From the human T2T-CHM13v2.0 reference genome, Homo sapiens: a DNA stretch of 64,000 bases. A program made the position numbers and the translations under genes. The notes beneath the pieces are model-generated. The model was not told where the DNA came from, did no database searches, and saw nothing but the letters and a program-made list of their open reading frames with translations. Shown piece after piece: positions 16,094 to 30,956 of this stretch (the stretch's first letter is position 1; every line of letters begins with the position of its first letter). The stretch lies in NCBI RefSeq assembly GCF_009914755.1, contig NC_060937.1; one strand, written 5' to 3'.

Positions 16094-19000
16094 ATGAAAT
16101 ATCAAAGTCCACAAACTATATATTATATACTGTACATAAAATATCAAAGTACCCAAGGTATATATTCTATACTGTAGAAAAAATATAAAAGTACCCAAAG
16201 CATGTATTATATACTGTACATAAAATATGAAAGTACATCAAATATATATTTTATTCTGTACATAAAATATCAAAGTACACCAAATATATATTCTATAGTG
16301 TACATAAAATATCAAAATACCCAAACTATACATTATATACTGTACATAAAATATGAAATTACATCAAATATATATTATAATAGGTACATAAAATATGAAA
16401 GTACATCAAATATAAATTATATACTGTACATAAAATACCAAAGAGCCCCAAATATATATTATATACTGTACATGAAATATCAAAGTTCACGAACTATATA
16501 TTATATACTGTACATAAAATATCAAAGTACCCAAGGTATATATTCTATACTGTACAAAAAATATCATAGTACCCAAAGCATGTATTATATACTGTTCATA
16601 ACATATGAAATTACATCAAATATATATTTTATTCTGTACATAAAGTATCAAAGTACAGCAAATATATATTATATAGTGTACATAAAATATCAAAGTACCC
16701 AAACAATACATTATATACTGTACATAAAATATGAAATTACATCAAATATATATTACATTAGGTTCATAAAATATGAAAGTACATCAAATATAGATTATAT
16801 ACTGTACATAAAATACCAAAGAACCCCAAATATATATTATATACTGTACATGAAATATCAAAGTTCACACACTATATATTATATACTGTACATAAAATAT
16901 CAAAGTACCCAAGGTATATATTCTATACTGTACAAAAAATATCAAAGTACCCAAAGCATGTATTATATACTGTTCATAAAATATGAAAGTACATCAAATA
17001 TATATGTTATTCTGTACATAAAATATCAAAGTACACCAAATATATATTCTATAGTGTACATTAAATATCAAAGTACCCAAACTATACATTATATACTGTA
17101 CATAAAATATGAAATTACATCAAATATATATTATATTAGGTACATAAAATATGAAAGTACATCAAATATATATTATATACTGTACATAAAATACCAAAGT
17201 ACCCCAAATACATATTATATACTCTACATGAAATATCAAAGTTCACAAACTATATATTATGTACTGGACATAAAATATGAAAGTACCGAAGGTATATATT
17301 CTATACTGTACAAAAAATATCAAAGTACCCAAAGCATGTATTATATACTGTTCATAAAATATGAAAGTACATCAATTATATATTTTATTCTGTACATAAA
17401 ATAAAAAAGTACACCAAATATATATTCTATAGTGTACATAAAATATCAAAGTACCCAAACTATACATTATATACTGTACATAAAATATGAAATTACATCA
17501 AATATATATTATATTAGGTACATAAAATATGAAAGTACATCAAATATAAATTATATACTGTACATAAAATACCAAAGTACCCCAAATACATATTACATAC
17601 TGTACATGAAATATCAAATTTCACAAACTATATATTTTATACTGTACATAAAATATCAAAGTACCCAAGGTATATATTCTATAGTGTACAAAAAATATCA
17701 AAGTACCCAAAGCATGTATTATATACTGTACATAAAATATGAAAGTACATGAAATATTTATTTTATTCTGTATATAAAATATCAAATTACACCAAATATA
17801 TATACTATAGTGTACATAAAATATCAAAGTACCCAAACTATACATTATATACTGTACATAAAATATGAAATTACATCAAATATATATTATATTAGGTACA
17901 TAAAATATGAAAGTACATGAAATATAGATTATATACTGTACATAAAATACCAAATAACCCCAAATATATATTATATACTGTACATGAAATATCAAAGTTC
18001 ACAAACTATATATTATATACTGTACATAAAATATCAAAGTACCCAAGGTATATATTCTATACTGTACAAAAAATATCAAAGTACCCAAAGCATGTATTAT
18101 ATACGGTTCATAAAATAGGAAAGTACATCAAATATATATTTTATTCTGTACATAAAATATCAAAGTACACCAAATATATATTCTATAGTGTACATAAAAT
18201 ATCAAATTACCCAAATTATACATTATATACTGTACATAAAATATGAAATTACATCAAATATATATTATATTAGGTACATAAAATATGAAATTACATCAGA
18301 TATAAATTATATGCTGTACATAAAATATCAAAGTACACCAAATATATATTATATACTGTACATGAAATATCAAAGTCCACAAACTATATATTATATACTG
18401 TACATAAAATATCAAAGTACCCAAAGTATATATTCTATACTGTACAAAAAATATCAAAGTACCCAAAACATGTATTATATACTGTTCATAACATATGAAA
18501 GTACATCAAATATATATTTAATTCTGTACATAAAATATCAAAGTACACCAAATATATATTCTATAGTGTACATAAAATATCAAAGTACCCAAACTATACA
18601 TTATATACTGTACATAAAATGTGAAATTACATCAAATATATACTATATTATGTACATAAAATATGAAAGTACGTCAAATATAGATTATATACTGTACATA
18701 ACATACCAAAGTACCCCAAATAAATATTTTATACTGTACATGCAATATCAAAGTTCACAAACTATATATCATATACTGTACAAAAAATATCAAAGTACCG
18801 AAGGTATATATTCTATACTGTACAAAAAATATCAAAGTACCCAAAGCATGTATTATATACTGTACATAAAATATGAAAGTACATCAAATATATATTTTAT
18901 TCTGTACAAAAAATATCAAAGTACACCAAATATATATTCTATAGTGTACATTAAATATCAAACTACCCAAACTATACATTATATACTGTACATAAAATAT

Positions 19001-19500
19001 GAAATTACATCAAATATATATTATATTAGGTACATAAAATATGAAAGTACATCAAATATAGATTATATACTGTACATAAAATACCAAAGTACCCCAAATA
19101 CATATTATATACTGTACATGGAATATCAAAGTTCACAAACTATATATTATATACTGTACATAAAATATCAAAGTACCGAAGGTATATATTCTATACTGTA
19201 CAAAAAATATCAAAGTACCCAAAGCGTGTATTATATACTGTCATAAAATATGAAAGTACATCAAATATATATTTTATTCTGTACATAAAATATCAAAGTA
19301 CACCAAATATATATTCTATAGTGTACATAAAATATGAAAGTACCCAAACTATACATTATATACTGTACATAAAATATGAAATTACATCAAATATATATTA
19401 TATTAGGTACATAAAATATGAAAGTACATCAAATATAAATTATATACTGTACATAAAATACCAAAGTACCCCAAATATATATTATATACTGTACATGAAA
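16094..19500 (+). repeat. Divergent 378-bp 9-mer HSat1A units (left flank layer)
   Basis: M1-M9 order with a 126-aa/378-bp period. Many unit-private substitutions, and a 1-bp deletion at ~19241 (CTGTCATA). Confidence 0.85.
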
Positions 19501-22500
19501 TATCAAAGTTCACAAACTATATATTATATACTGTACATAAAATATCAAAGTACCCAAGGTATATATTCTATTCTCTACAAAAAATATCAAAGTACCCAAA
19601 GCATGTATTATATACGGTACATGAAATATGAAAGTACATCAAATATATATTTAATTCTGTACATAAAATATCAAAGTACACCAAATATATATTCTATAGT
19701 GTACATAAAATATCAAAGTAGCCAAACTATACATTATATACTGTACATAAAATATGAAATTACATCAAATATATATTATATTATGTACATAAAATATGAA
19801 AGTACATCAAATATAGATTATATACTGTACATAAAATACCAAAGTACACCAAATATATATTTTATACTGTACATGCAATATCAAAGTTCACAAACTATAT
19901 ATTATATACTGTACATAAAATATCAAAGTACCCAAGGTATATATTCTATACTGTACAAAAAATATCAAAGTACCCAAAGCATGTATTATATACTGTTAAT
20001 AAAATATGAAAGTACATAAAATATATATATTATTCTGTACATAAAATATCAAAGTACACCAATTATATGTTCTATAGTGTACATAAAATATCAAATTACC
20101 CAAACTATACATTATATACTGTACATAAAATATGAAATTACATCAAATATATATTATATTAGGTACATAAAATATGAAAGTACATCAAATATAAATTATA
20201 TACTGTACATAAAATATCAAAGTACCTCAAATATATATTATATACTGTACATGAAATATCAAAGTTCACAAACTATATATTATATACAGTACATAAAATA
20301 TCAAAGTACCCAAGGTATATATTCTATACTGTACAAAAAATATAAAAGTACCCAAAACATGTAGTATATACTGTACATAAAATATGAAAGTACATCAAAT
20401 ATATATTTTATTCTGTACATAAAATATCAAAGTACACCAAATATATATTCTATAGTGTACATAAAATATCAAAGTACCCAAACTATACATTATATACTGT
20501 ACATCAAATATGAAATTACATCAAATATATATTACATTAGGTACATAAAATGTGAAAGTACATCAAATATAGATTATATACTGTACATAAAATATCAAAG
20601 TACCCCAAATATATATTATATAGTGTACATGAAATATCAAAGTTCACAAACTATATATTATATACTGTACATAAAATATCAAAGTACCCAAGGTATATAT
20701 TCTATACTGTACAAAAAATATGAAAGTACCCAAAAGCATGTATTATATACTGTACATAAAATATGAAAGTATATCAAATAAATATTTTATTCTGTACATA
20801 AAATATCAAAGTACACCAAATATATATTCTATAGTGTACATAAGATATCAAAGTACCCAAACTATATATTATATACTGTACATAAAGTATGAAATTACAT
20901 CAAATATATATTATATTAGGTACATAAAATATGAAAGTACATCAAATATAAATTATATACTGTACATAAAGTACCAAATACCCCAAATATATATTATATA
21001 CTCTACATGAAATATCAAAGTTCACAAACTATATATTATATACTGTACATAAAATATCAAAGTACCCAAGGTATATATTCTATACTCTACAAAAAATATC
21101 AAAGTACCCAAAGCATGTATTATATACGGTACATAAAATATGAAAGTACATCAAATATATATTTAATTCTGTACATAAAATATCAAAGTACACCAAATAT
21201 ATATTCTATAGTGTACATAAAATATCAAAGTACCCAAACTATACATTATATACTGTACATAAAATATGAAATTACATCAAATATATATTATATTAGGTAC
21301 ATAAAATATGAAAGTACATCAAATATATATTATATACTGTACATAAAATACCAAAGTACCCCAAATACATATTATATACTCTACATGAAATATCAAAGTT
21401 CACAAACTATATATTATGTACTGGACATAAAATATGAAAGTACCGAAGGTATATATTCTATACTGTACAAAAAATATCAAAGTACCCAAAGCATGTATTA
21501 TATACTGTTCATAAAATATGAAAGTACATCAATTATATATTTTATTCTGTACATAAAATAAAAAAGTACACCAAATATATATTCTATAGTGTACATAAAA
21601 TATCAAAGTACCCAAACTATACATTATATACTGTACATAAAATATGAAATTACATCAAATATATATTATATTAGGTACATAAAATATGAAAGTACATCAA
21701 ATATAAATTATATACTGTACATAAAATACCAAAGTACCCCAAATACATATTACATACTGTACATGAAATATCAAATTTCACAAACTATATATTTTATACT
21801 GTACATAAAATATCAAAGTACCCAAGGTATATATTCTATAGTGTACAAAAAATATCAAAGTACCCAAAGCATGTATTATATACGGTACATAAAATATGAA
21901 AGTACATGAAATATTTATTTTATTCTGTATATAAAATATCAAATTACACCAAATATATATACTATAGTGTACATAAAATATCAAAGTACCCAAACTATAC
22001 ATTATATACTGTACATAAAATATGAAATTACATCAAATATATATTATATTAGGTACATAAAATATGAAAGTACATCAAATATAAATTATATACTGTACAT
22101 AAAATACCAAAGTACCCCAAATATATATTATATACTGTACATGAAATATCAAAGTTCACAAACTATATATTATATACTGTACATAAAATATCAAAGTACC
22201 CAAGGTATATATTCTATTCTCTACAAAAAATATCAAAGTACCCAAAGCATGTATTATATACGGTACATGAAATATGAAAGTACATCAAATATATATTTAA
22301 TTCTGTACAAAAAATATCAAAGTACACCAAATATATATTCTATAGTGTACATAAAATATCAAAGTAGCCAAACTATACATTATATACTGTACATAAAATA
22401 TGAAATTACATCAAATATATATTATATTATGTACATAAAATATGAAAGTACATCAAATATAGATTATATACTGTACATAAAATACCAAAGTACACCAAAT

Positions 22501-23651
22501 ATATATTTTATACTGTACATGCAATATCAAAGTTCACAAACTATATATTATATACTGTACATAAAATATCAAAGTACCCAAGGTATATATTCTATACTGT
22601 ACAAAAAATATCAAAGTACCCAAAGCATGTATTATATACTGTTAATAAAATATGAAAATACATAAAATATATATATTATTCTGTACATAAAATATCAAAG
22701 TACACCAATTATATGTTCTATAGTGTACATAAAATATCAAATTACCCAAACTATACATTATATACTGTACATAAAATATGAAATTACATCAAATATATAT
22801 TATATTAGGTACATAAAATATGAAAGTACATCAAATATAAATTATATACTGTACATAAAATATCAAAGTACCTCAAATATATATTATATACTGTACATGA
22901 AATATCAAAGTTCACAAACTATATATTATATACAGTACATAAAATATCAAAGTACCCAAGGTATATATTCTATACTGTACAAAAAATATAAAAGTACCCA
23001 AAGCATGTATTATATACTGTTAATAAAATATGAAAGTACATAAAATATATATATTATTCTGTACATAAAATATCAAAGTACACCAATTATATGTTCTATA
23101 GTGTACATAAAATATCAAAGTACCCAAACTATACATTATATACTGTACATAAAATATGAAATTACATCAAATATATATTATATTAGGTACATAAAATATG
23201 AAAGTACATCAAATATAGATTATATACTGTACATAAAATACCAAAGTACCCCAAATACATATTATATACTGTACATGAAATATCAAAGTTCACAAACTAT
23301 ATATTATATACTGTACATAAAATATCAAAGTACCCAAGGTATATATTCTATACTGTACAAAAAATATGAAAGTACCCAAAGCATGTATTATATACTGTAC
23401 ATAAAATATGAAAGTATATCAAATAAATATTTTATTCTGTACATAAAATATCAAAGTACACCAAATATATATTCTATAGTGTACATAAGATATCAAAGTA
23501 CCCAAACTATATATTATATACTGTACATAAAGTATGAAATTACATCAAATATATATTATATTAGGTACATAAAATATGAAAGTACATCAAATATAAATTA
23601 TATACTGTACATAAAGTACCAAATACCCCAAATATATATTATATACTCTAC

Positions 23652-26600
23652 ATGAAATATCAAAGTTCACAAACTATATATTATATACTGTACATAAAAT
23701 ATCAAAGTACCCAAGGTATATATTCTATACTCTACAAAAAATATCAAAGTACCCAAAGCATGTATTATATACGGTACATAAAATATGAAAGTACATCAAA
23801 TATATATTTAATTCTGTACATAAAATATCAAAGTACACCAAATATATATTCTATAGTGTACATAAAATATCAAAGTACCCAAACTATACATTATATACTG
23901 TACATAAAATATGAAATTACATCAAATATATATTATATTAGGTACATAAAATATGAAAGTACATCAAATATAGATTATATACTGTACATAAAATACCAAA
24001 GTACCCCAAATACATATTATATACTGTACATGAAATATCAAAGTTCACAAACTATATATTATATACTGTACATAAAATATCAAAGTACCCAAGGTATATA
24101 TTCTATTCTCTACAAAAAATATCAAAGTACCCAAAGCATGTATTATATACGGTACATGAAATATGAAAGTACATCAAATATATATTTAATTCTGTACATA
24201 AAATATCAAAGTACACCAAATATATATTCTATAGTGTACATAAAATATCAAAGTAGCCAAACTATACATTATATACTGTACATAAAATATGAAATTACAT
24301 CAAATATATATTATATTATGTACATAAAATATGAAAGTACATCAAATATAGATTATATACTGTACATAAAATACCAAAGTACACCAAATATATATTTTAT
24401 ACTGTACATGCAATATCAAAGTTCACAAACTATATATTATATACTGTACATAAAATATCAAAGTACCCAAGGTATATATTCTATACTGTACAAAAAATAT
24501 CAAAGTACCCAAAGCATGTATTATATACTGTTAATAAAATATGAAAGTACATAAAATATATATATTATTCTGTACATAAAATATCAAAGTACACCAATTA
24601 TATGTTCTATAGTGTACATAAAATATCAAATTACCCAAACTATACATTATATACTGTACATAAAATATGAAATTACATCAAATATATATTATATTAGGTA
24701 CATAAAATATGAAAGTACATCAAATATAAATTATATACTGTACATAAAATATCAAAGTACCTCAAATATATATTATATACTGTACATGAAATATCAAAGT
24801 TCACAAACTATATATTATATACAGTACATAAAATATCAAAGTACCCAAGGTATATATTCTATACTGTACAAAAAATATAAAAGTACCCAAAACATGTAGT
24901 ATATACTGTACATAAAATATGAAAGTACATCAAATATATATTTTATTCTGTACATAAAATATCAAAGTACACCAAATATATATTCTATAGTGTACATAAA
25001 ATATCAAAGTACCCAAACTATACATTATATACTGTACATAAAATATGAAATTACATCAAATATATATTACATTAGGTACATAAAATGTGAAAGTACATCA
25101 AATATAGATTATATACTGTACATAAAATATCAAAGTACCCCAAATATATATTATATAGTGTACATGAAATATCAAAGTTCACAAACTATATATTATATAC
25201 TGTACATAAAATATCAAAGTACCCAAGGTATATATTCTATACTGTACAAAAAATATGAAAGTACCCAAAGCATGTATTATATACTGTTAATAAAATATGA
25301 AAGTACATAAAATATATATATTATTCTGTACATAAAATATCAAAGTACACCAATTATATGTTCTATAGTGTACATAAAATATCAAATTACCCAAACTATA
25401 CATTATATACTGTACATAAAATATGAAATTACATCAAATATATATTATATTAGGTACATAAAATATGAAAGTACATCAAATATAAATTATATACTGTACA
25501 TAAAATATCAAAGTACCTCAAATATATATTATATACTGTACATGAAATATCAAAGTTCACAAACTATATATTATATACAGTACATAAAATATCAAAGTAC
25601 CCAAGGTATATATTCTATACTGTACAAAAAATATAAAAGTACCCAAAACATGTAGTATATACTGTACATAAAATATGAAAGTACATCAAATATATATTTT
25701 ATTCTGTACATAAAATATCAAAGTACACCAAATATATATTCTATAGTGTACATAAAATATCAAAGTACCCAAACTATACATTATATACTGTACATAAAAT
25801 ATGAAATTACATCAAATATATATTACATTAGGTACATAAAATGTGAAAGTACATCAAATATAGATTATATACTGTACATAAAATATCAAAGTACCCCAAA
25901 TATATATTATATAGTGTACATGAAATATCAAAGTTCACAAACTATATATTATATACTGTACATAAAATATCAAAGTACCCAAGGTATATATTCTATACTG
26001 TACAAAAAATATGAAAGTACCCAAAGCATGTATTATATACTGTACATAAAATATGAAAGTATATCAAATAAATATTTTATTCTGTACATAAAATATCAAA
26101 GTACACCAAATATATATTCTATAGTGTACATAAGATATCAAAGTACCCAAACTATATATTATATACTGTACATAAAGTATGAAATTACATCAAATATATA
26201 TTATATTAGGTACATAAAATATGAAAGTACATCAAATATAAATTATATACTGTACATAAAGTACCAAATACCCCAAATATATATTATATACTCTACATGA
26301 AATATCAAAGTTCACAAACTATATATTATATACTGTACATAAAATATCAAAGTACCCAAGGTATATATTCTATACTCTACAAAAAATATCAAAGTACCCA
26401 AAGCATGTATTATATACGGTACATAAAATATGAAAGTACATCAAATATATATTTAATTCTGTACATAAAATATCAAAGTACACCAAATATATATTCTATA
26501 GTGTACATAAAATATCAAAGTACCCAAACTATACATTATATACTGTACATAAAATATGAAATTACATCAAATATATATTATATTAGGTACATAAAATATG

Positions 26601-29600
26601 AAAGTACATCAAATATAGATTATATACTGTACATAAAATACCAAAGTACCCCAAATACATATTATATACTGTACATGAAATATCAAAGTTCACAAACTAT
26701 ATATTATATACTGTACATAAAATATCAAAGTACCCAAGGTATATATTCTATTCTCTACAAAAAATATCAAAGTACCCAAAGCATGTATTATATACGGTAC
26801 ATGAAATATGAAAGTACATCAAATATATATTTAATTCTGTACATAAAATATCAAAGTACACCAAATATATATTCTATAGTGTACATAAAATATCAAAGTA
26901 GCCAAACTATACATTATATACTGTACATAAAATATGAAATTACATCAAATATATATTATATTATGTACATAAAATATGAAAGTACATCAAATATAGATTA
27001 TATACTGTACATAAAATACCAAAGTACACCAAATATATATTTTATACTGTACATGCAATATCAAAGTTCACAAACTATATATTATATACTGTACATAAAA
27101 TATCAAAGTACCCAAGGTATATATTCTATACTGTACAAAAAATATCAAAGTACCCAAAGCATGTATTATATACTGTTAATAAAATATGAAAGTACATAAA
27201 ATATATATATTATTCTGTACATAAAATATCAAAGTACACCAATTATATGTTCTATAGTGTACATAAAATATCAAATTACCCAAACTATACATTATATACT
27301 GTACATAAAATATGAAATTACATCAAATATATATTATATTAGGTACATAAAATATGAAAGTACATCAAATATAAATTATATACTGTACATAAAATATCAA
27401 AGTACCTCAAATATATATTATATACTGTACATGAAATATCAAAGTTCACAAACTATATATTATATACAGTACATAAAATATCAAAGTACCCAAGGTATAT
27501 ATTCTATACTGTACAAAAAATATAAAAGTACCCAAAACATGTAGTATATACTGTACATAAAATATGAAAGTACATCAAATATATATTTTATTCTGTACAT
27601 AAAATATCAAAGTACACCAAATATATATTCTATAGTGTACATAAAATATCAAAGTACCCAAACTATACATTATATACTGTACATAAAATATGAAATTACA
27701 TCAAATATATATTACATTAGGTACATAAAATGTGAAAGTACATCAAATATAGATTATATACTGTACATAAAATATCAAAGTACCCCAAATATATATTATA
27801 TAGTGTACATGAAATATCAAAGTTCACAAACTATATATTATATACTGTACATAAAATATCAAAGTACCCAAGGTATATATTCTATACTGTACAAAAAATA
27901 TGAAAGTACCCAAAGCATGTATTATATACTGTACATAAAATATGAAAGTATATCAAATAAATATTTTATTCTGTACATAAAATATCAAAGTACACCAAAT
28001 ATATATTCTATAGTGTACATAAGATATCAAAGTACCCAAACTATATATTATATACTGTACATAAAGTATGAAATTACATCAAATATATATTATATTAGGT
28101 ACATAAAATATGAAAGTACATCAAATATAAATTATATACTGTACATAAAGTACCAAATACCCCAAATATATATTATATACTCTACATGAAATATCAAAGT
28201 TCACAAACTATATATTATATACTGTACATAAAATATCAAAGTACCCAAGGTATATATTCTATACTCTACAAAAAATATCAAAGTACCCAAAGCATGTATT
28301 ATATACGGTACATAAAATATGAAAGTACATCAAATATATATTTAATTCTGTACATAAAATATCAAAGTACACCAAATATATATTCTATAGTGTACATAAA
28401 ATATCAAAGTACCCAAACTATACATTATATACTGTACATAAAATATGAAATTACATCAAATATATATTATATTAGGTACATAAAATATGAAAGTACATCA
28501 AATATAGATTATATACTGTACATAAAATACCAAAGTACCCCAAATACATATTATATACTGTACATGAAATATCAAAGTTCACAAACTATATATTATATAC
28601 TGTACATAAAATATCAAAGTACCCAAGGTATATATTCTATTCTCTACAAAAAATATCAAAGTACCCAAAGCATGTATTATATACGGTACATGAAATATGA
28701 AAGTACATCAAATATATATTTAATTCTGTACATAAAATATCAAAGTACACCAAATATATATTCTATAGTGTACATAAAATATCAAAGTAGCCAAACTATA
28801 CATTATATACTGTACATAAAATATGAAATTACATCAAATATATATTATATTATGTACATAAAATATGAAAGCACATCAAATATAGATTATATACTGTACA
28901 TAAAATACCAAAGTACACCAAATATATATTTTATACTGTACATGCAATATCAAAGTTCACAAACTATATATTATATACTGTACATAAAATATCAAAGTAC
29001 CCAAGGTATATATTCTATACTGTACAAAAAATATCAAAGTACCCAAAGCATGTATTATATACTGTTAATAAAATATGAAAGTACATAAAATATATATATT
29101 ATTCTGTACATAAAATATCAAAGTACACCAATTATATGTTCTATAGTGTACATAAAATATCAAATTACCCAAACTATACATTATATACTGTACATAAAAT
29201 ATGAAATTACATCAAATATATATTATATTAGGTACATAAAATATGAAAGTACATCAAATATAAATTATATACTGTACATAAAATATCAAAGTACCTCAAA
29301 TATATATTATATACTGTACATGAAATATCAAAGTTCACAAACTATATATTATATACAGTACATAAAATATCAAAGTACCCAAGGTATATATTCTATACTG
29401 TACAAAAAATATAAAAGTACCCAAAACATGTAGTATATACTGTACATAAAATATGAAAGTACATCAAATATATATTTTATTCTGTACATAAAATATCAAA
29501 GTACACCAAATATATATTCTATAGTGTACATAAAATATCAAAGTACCCAAACTATACATTATATACTGTACATAAAATATGAAATTACATCAAATATATA

Positions 29601-30200
29601 TTACATTAGGTACATAAAATGTGAAAGTACATCAAATATAGATTATATACTGTACATAAAATATCAAAGTACCCCAAATATATATTATATAGTGTACATG
29701 AAATATCAAAGTTCACAAACTATATATTATATACTGTACATAAAATATCAAAGTACCCAAGGTATATATTCTATACTGTACAAAAAATATGAAAGTACCC
29801 AAAGCATGTATTATATACTGTTAATAAAATATGAAAGTACATAAAATATATATATTATTCTGTACATAAAATATCAAAGTACACCAATTATATGTTCTAT
29901 AGTGTACATAAAATATCAAATTACCCAAACTATACATTATATACTGTACATAAAATATGAAATTACATCAAATATATATTATATTAGGTACATAAAATAT
30001 GAAAGTACATCAAATATAAATTATATACTGTACATAAAATATCAAAGTACCTCAAATATATATTATATACTGTACATGAAATATCAAAGTTCACAAACTA
30101 TATATTATATACAGTACATAAAATATCAAAGTACCCAAGGTATATATTCTATACTGTACAAAAAATATAAAAGTACCCAAAACATGTAGTATATACTGTA
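23652..30200 (+). repeat. 1889-bp (5x378-1) super-unit with a 2645-bp (7x378-1) variant
   Basis: Identical 300-aa ORFs at 23652, 26297 and 28186 (spacings 2645, 1889). Identical 95-aa ORFs at 24612, 25368, 27257, 29146 and 29902 (spacings 756, 1889, 1889, 756). Confidence 0.87.
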
Positions 30201-30956
30201 CATAAAATATGAAAGTACATAAAATATATATTATATACTGTACATAAAATATCAAAGTACCCAAGGTATATATTCTATACTCTACAAAAAATATCAAAGT
30301 ACCCAAAGCATGTATTATATACGGTACATAAAATATGAAAGTACATCAAATATATATTTAATTCTGTACATAAAATATCAAAGTACACCAAATATATATT
30401 CTATAGTGTACATAAAATATCAAAGTACCCAAACTATACATTATATACTGTACATAAAATATGAAATTACATCAAATATATATTATATTAGGTACATAAA
30501 ATATGAAAGTACATCAAATATAGATTATATACTGTACATAAAATACCAAAGTACACCAAATATATATTTTATACTGTACATGCAATATCAAAGTTCACAA
30601 ACTATATATTATATACTGTACATAAAATATCAAAGTACCCAAGGTATATATTCTATACTGTACAAAAAATATCAAAGTACCCAAAGCATGTATTATATAC
30701 TGTTAATAAAATATGAAAGTACATAAAATATATATATTATTCTGTACATAAAATATCAAAGTACACCAATTATATGTTCTATAGTGTACATAAAATATCA
30801 AAGTACCCAAACTATACATTATATACTGTACATAAAATATGAAATTACATCAAATATATATTATATTAGGTACATAAAATATGAAAGTACATCAAATATA
30901 AATTATATACTGTACATAAAGTACCAAATACCCCAAATATATATTATATACTCTAC

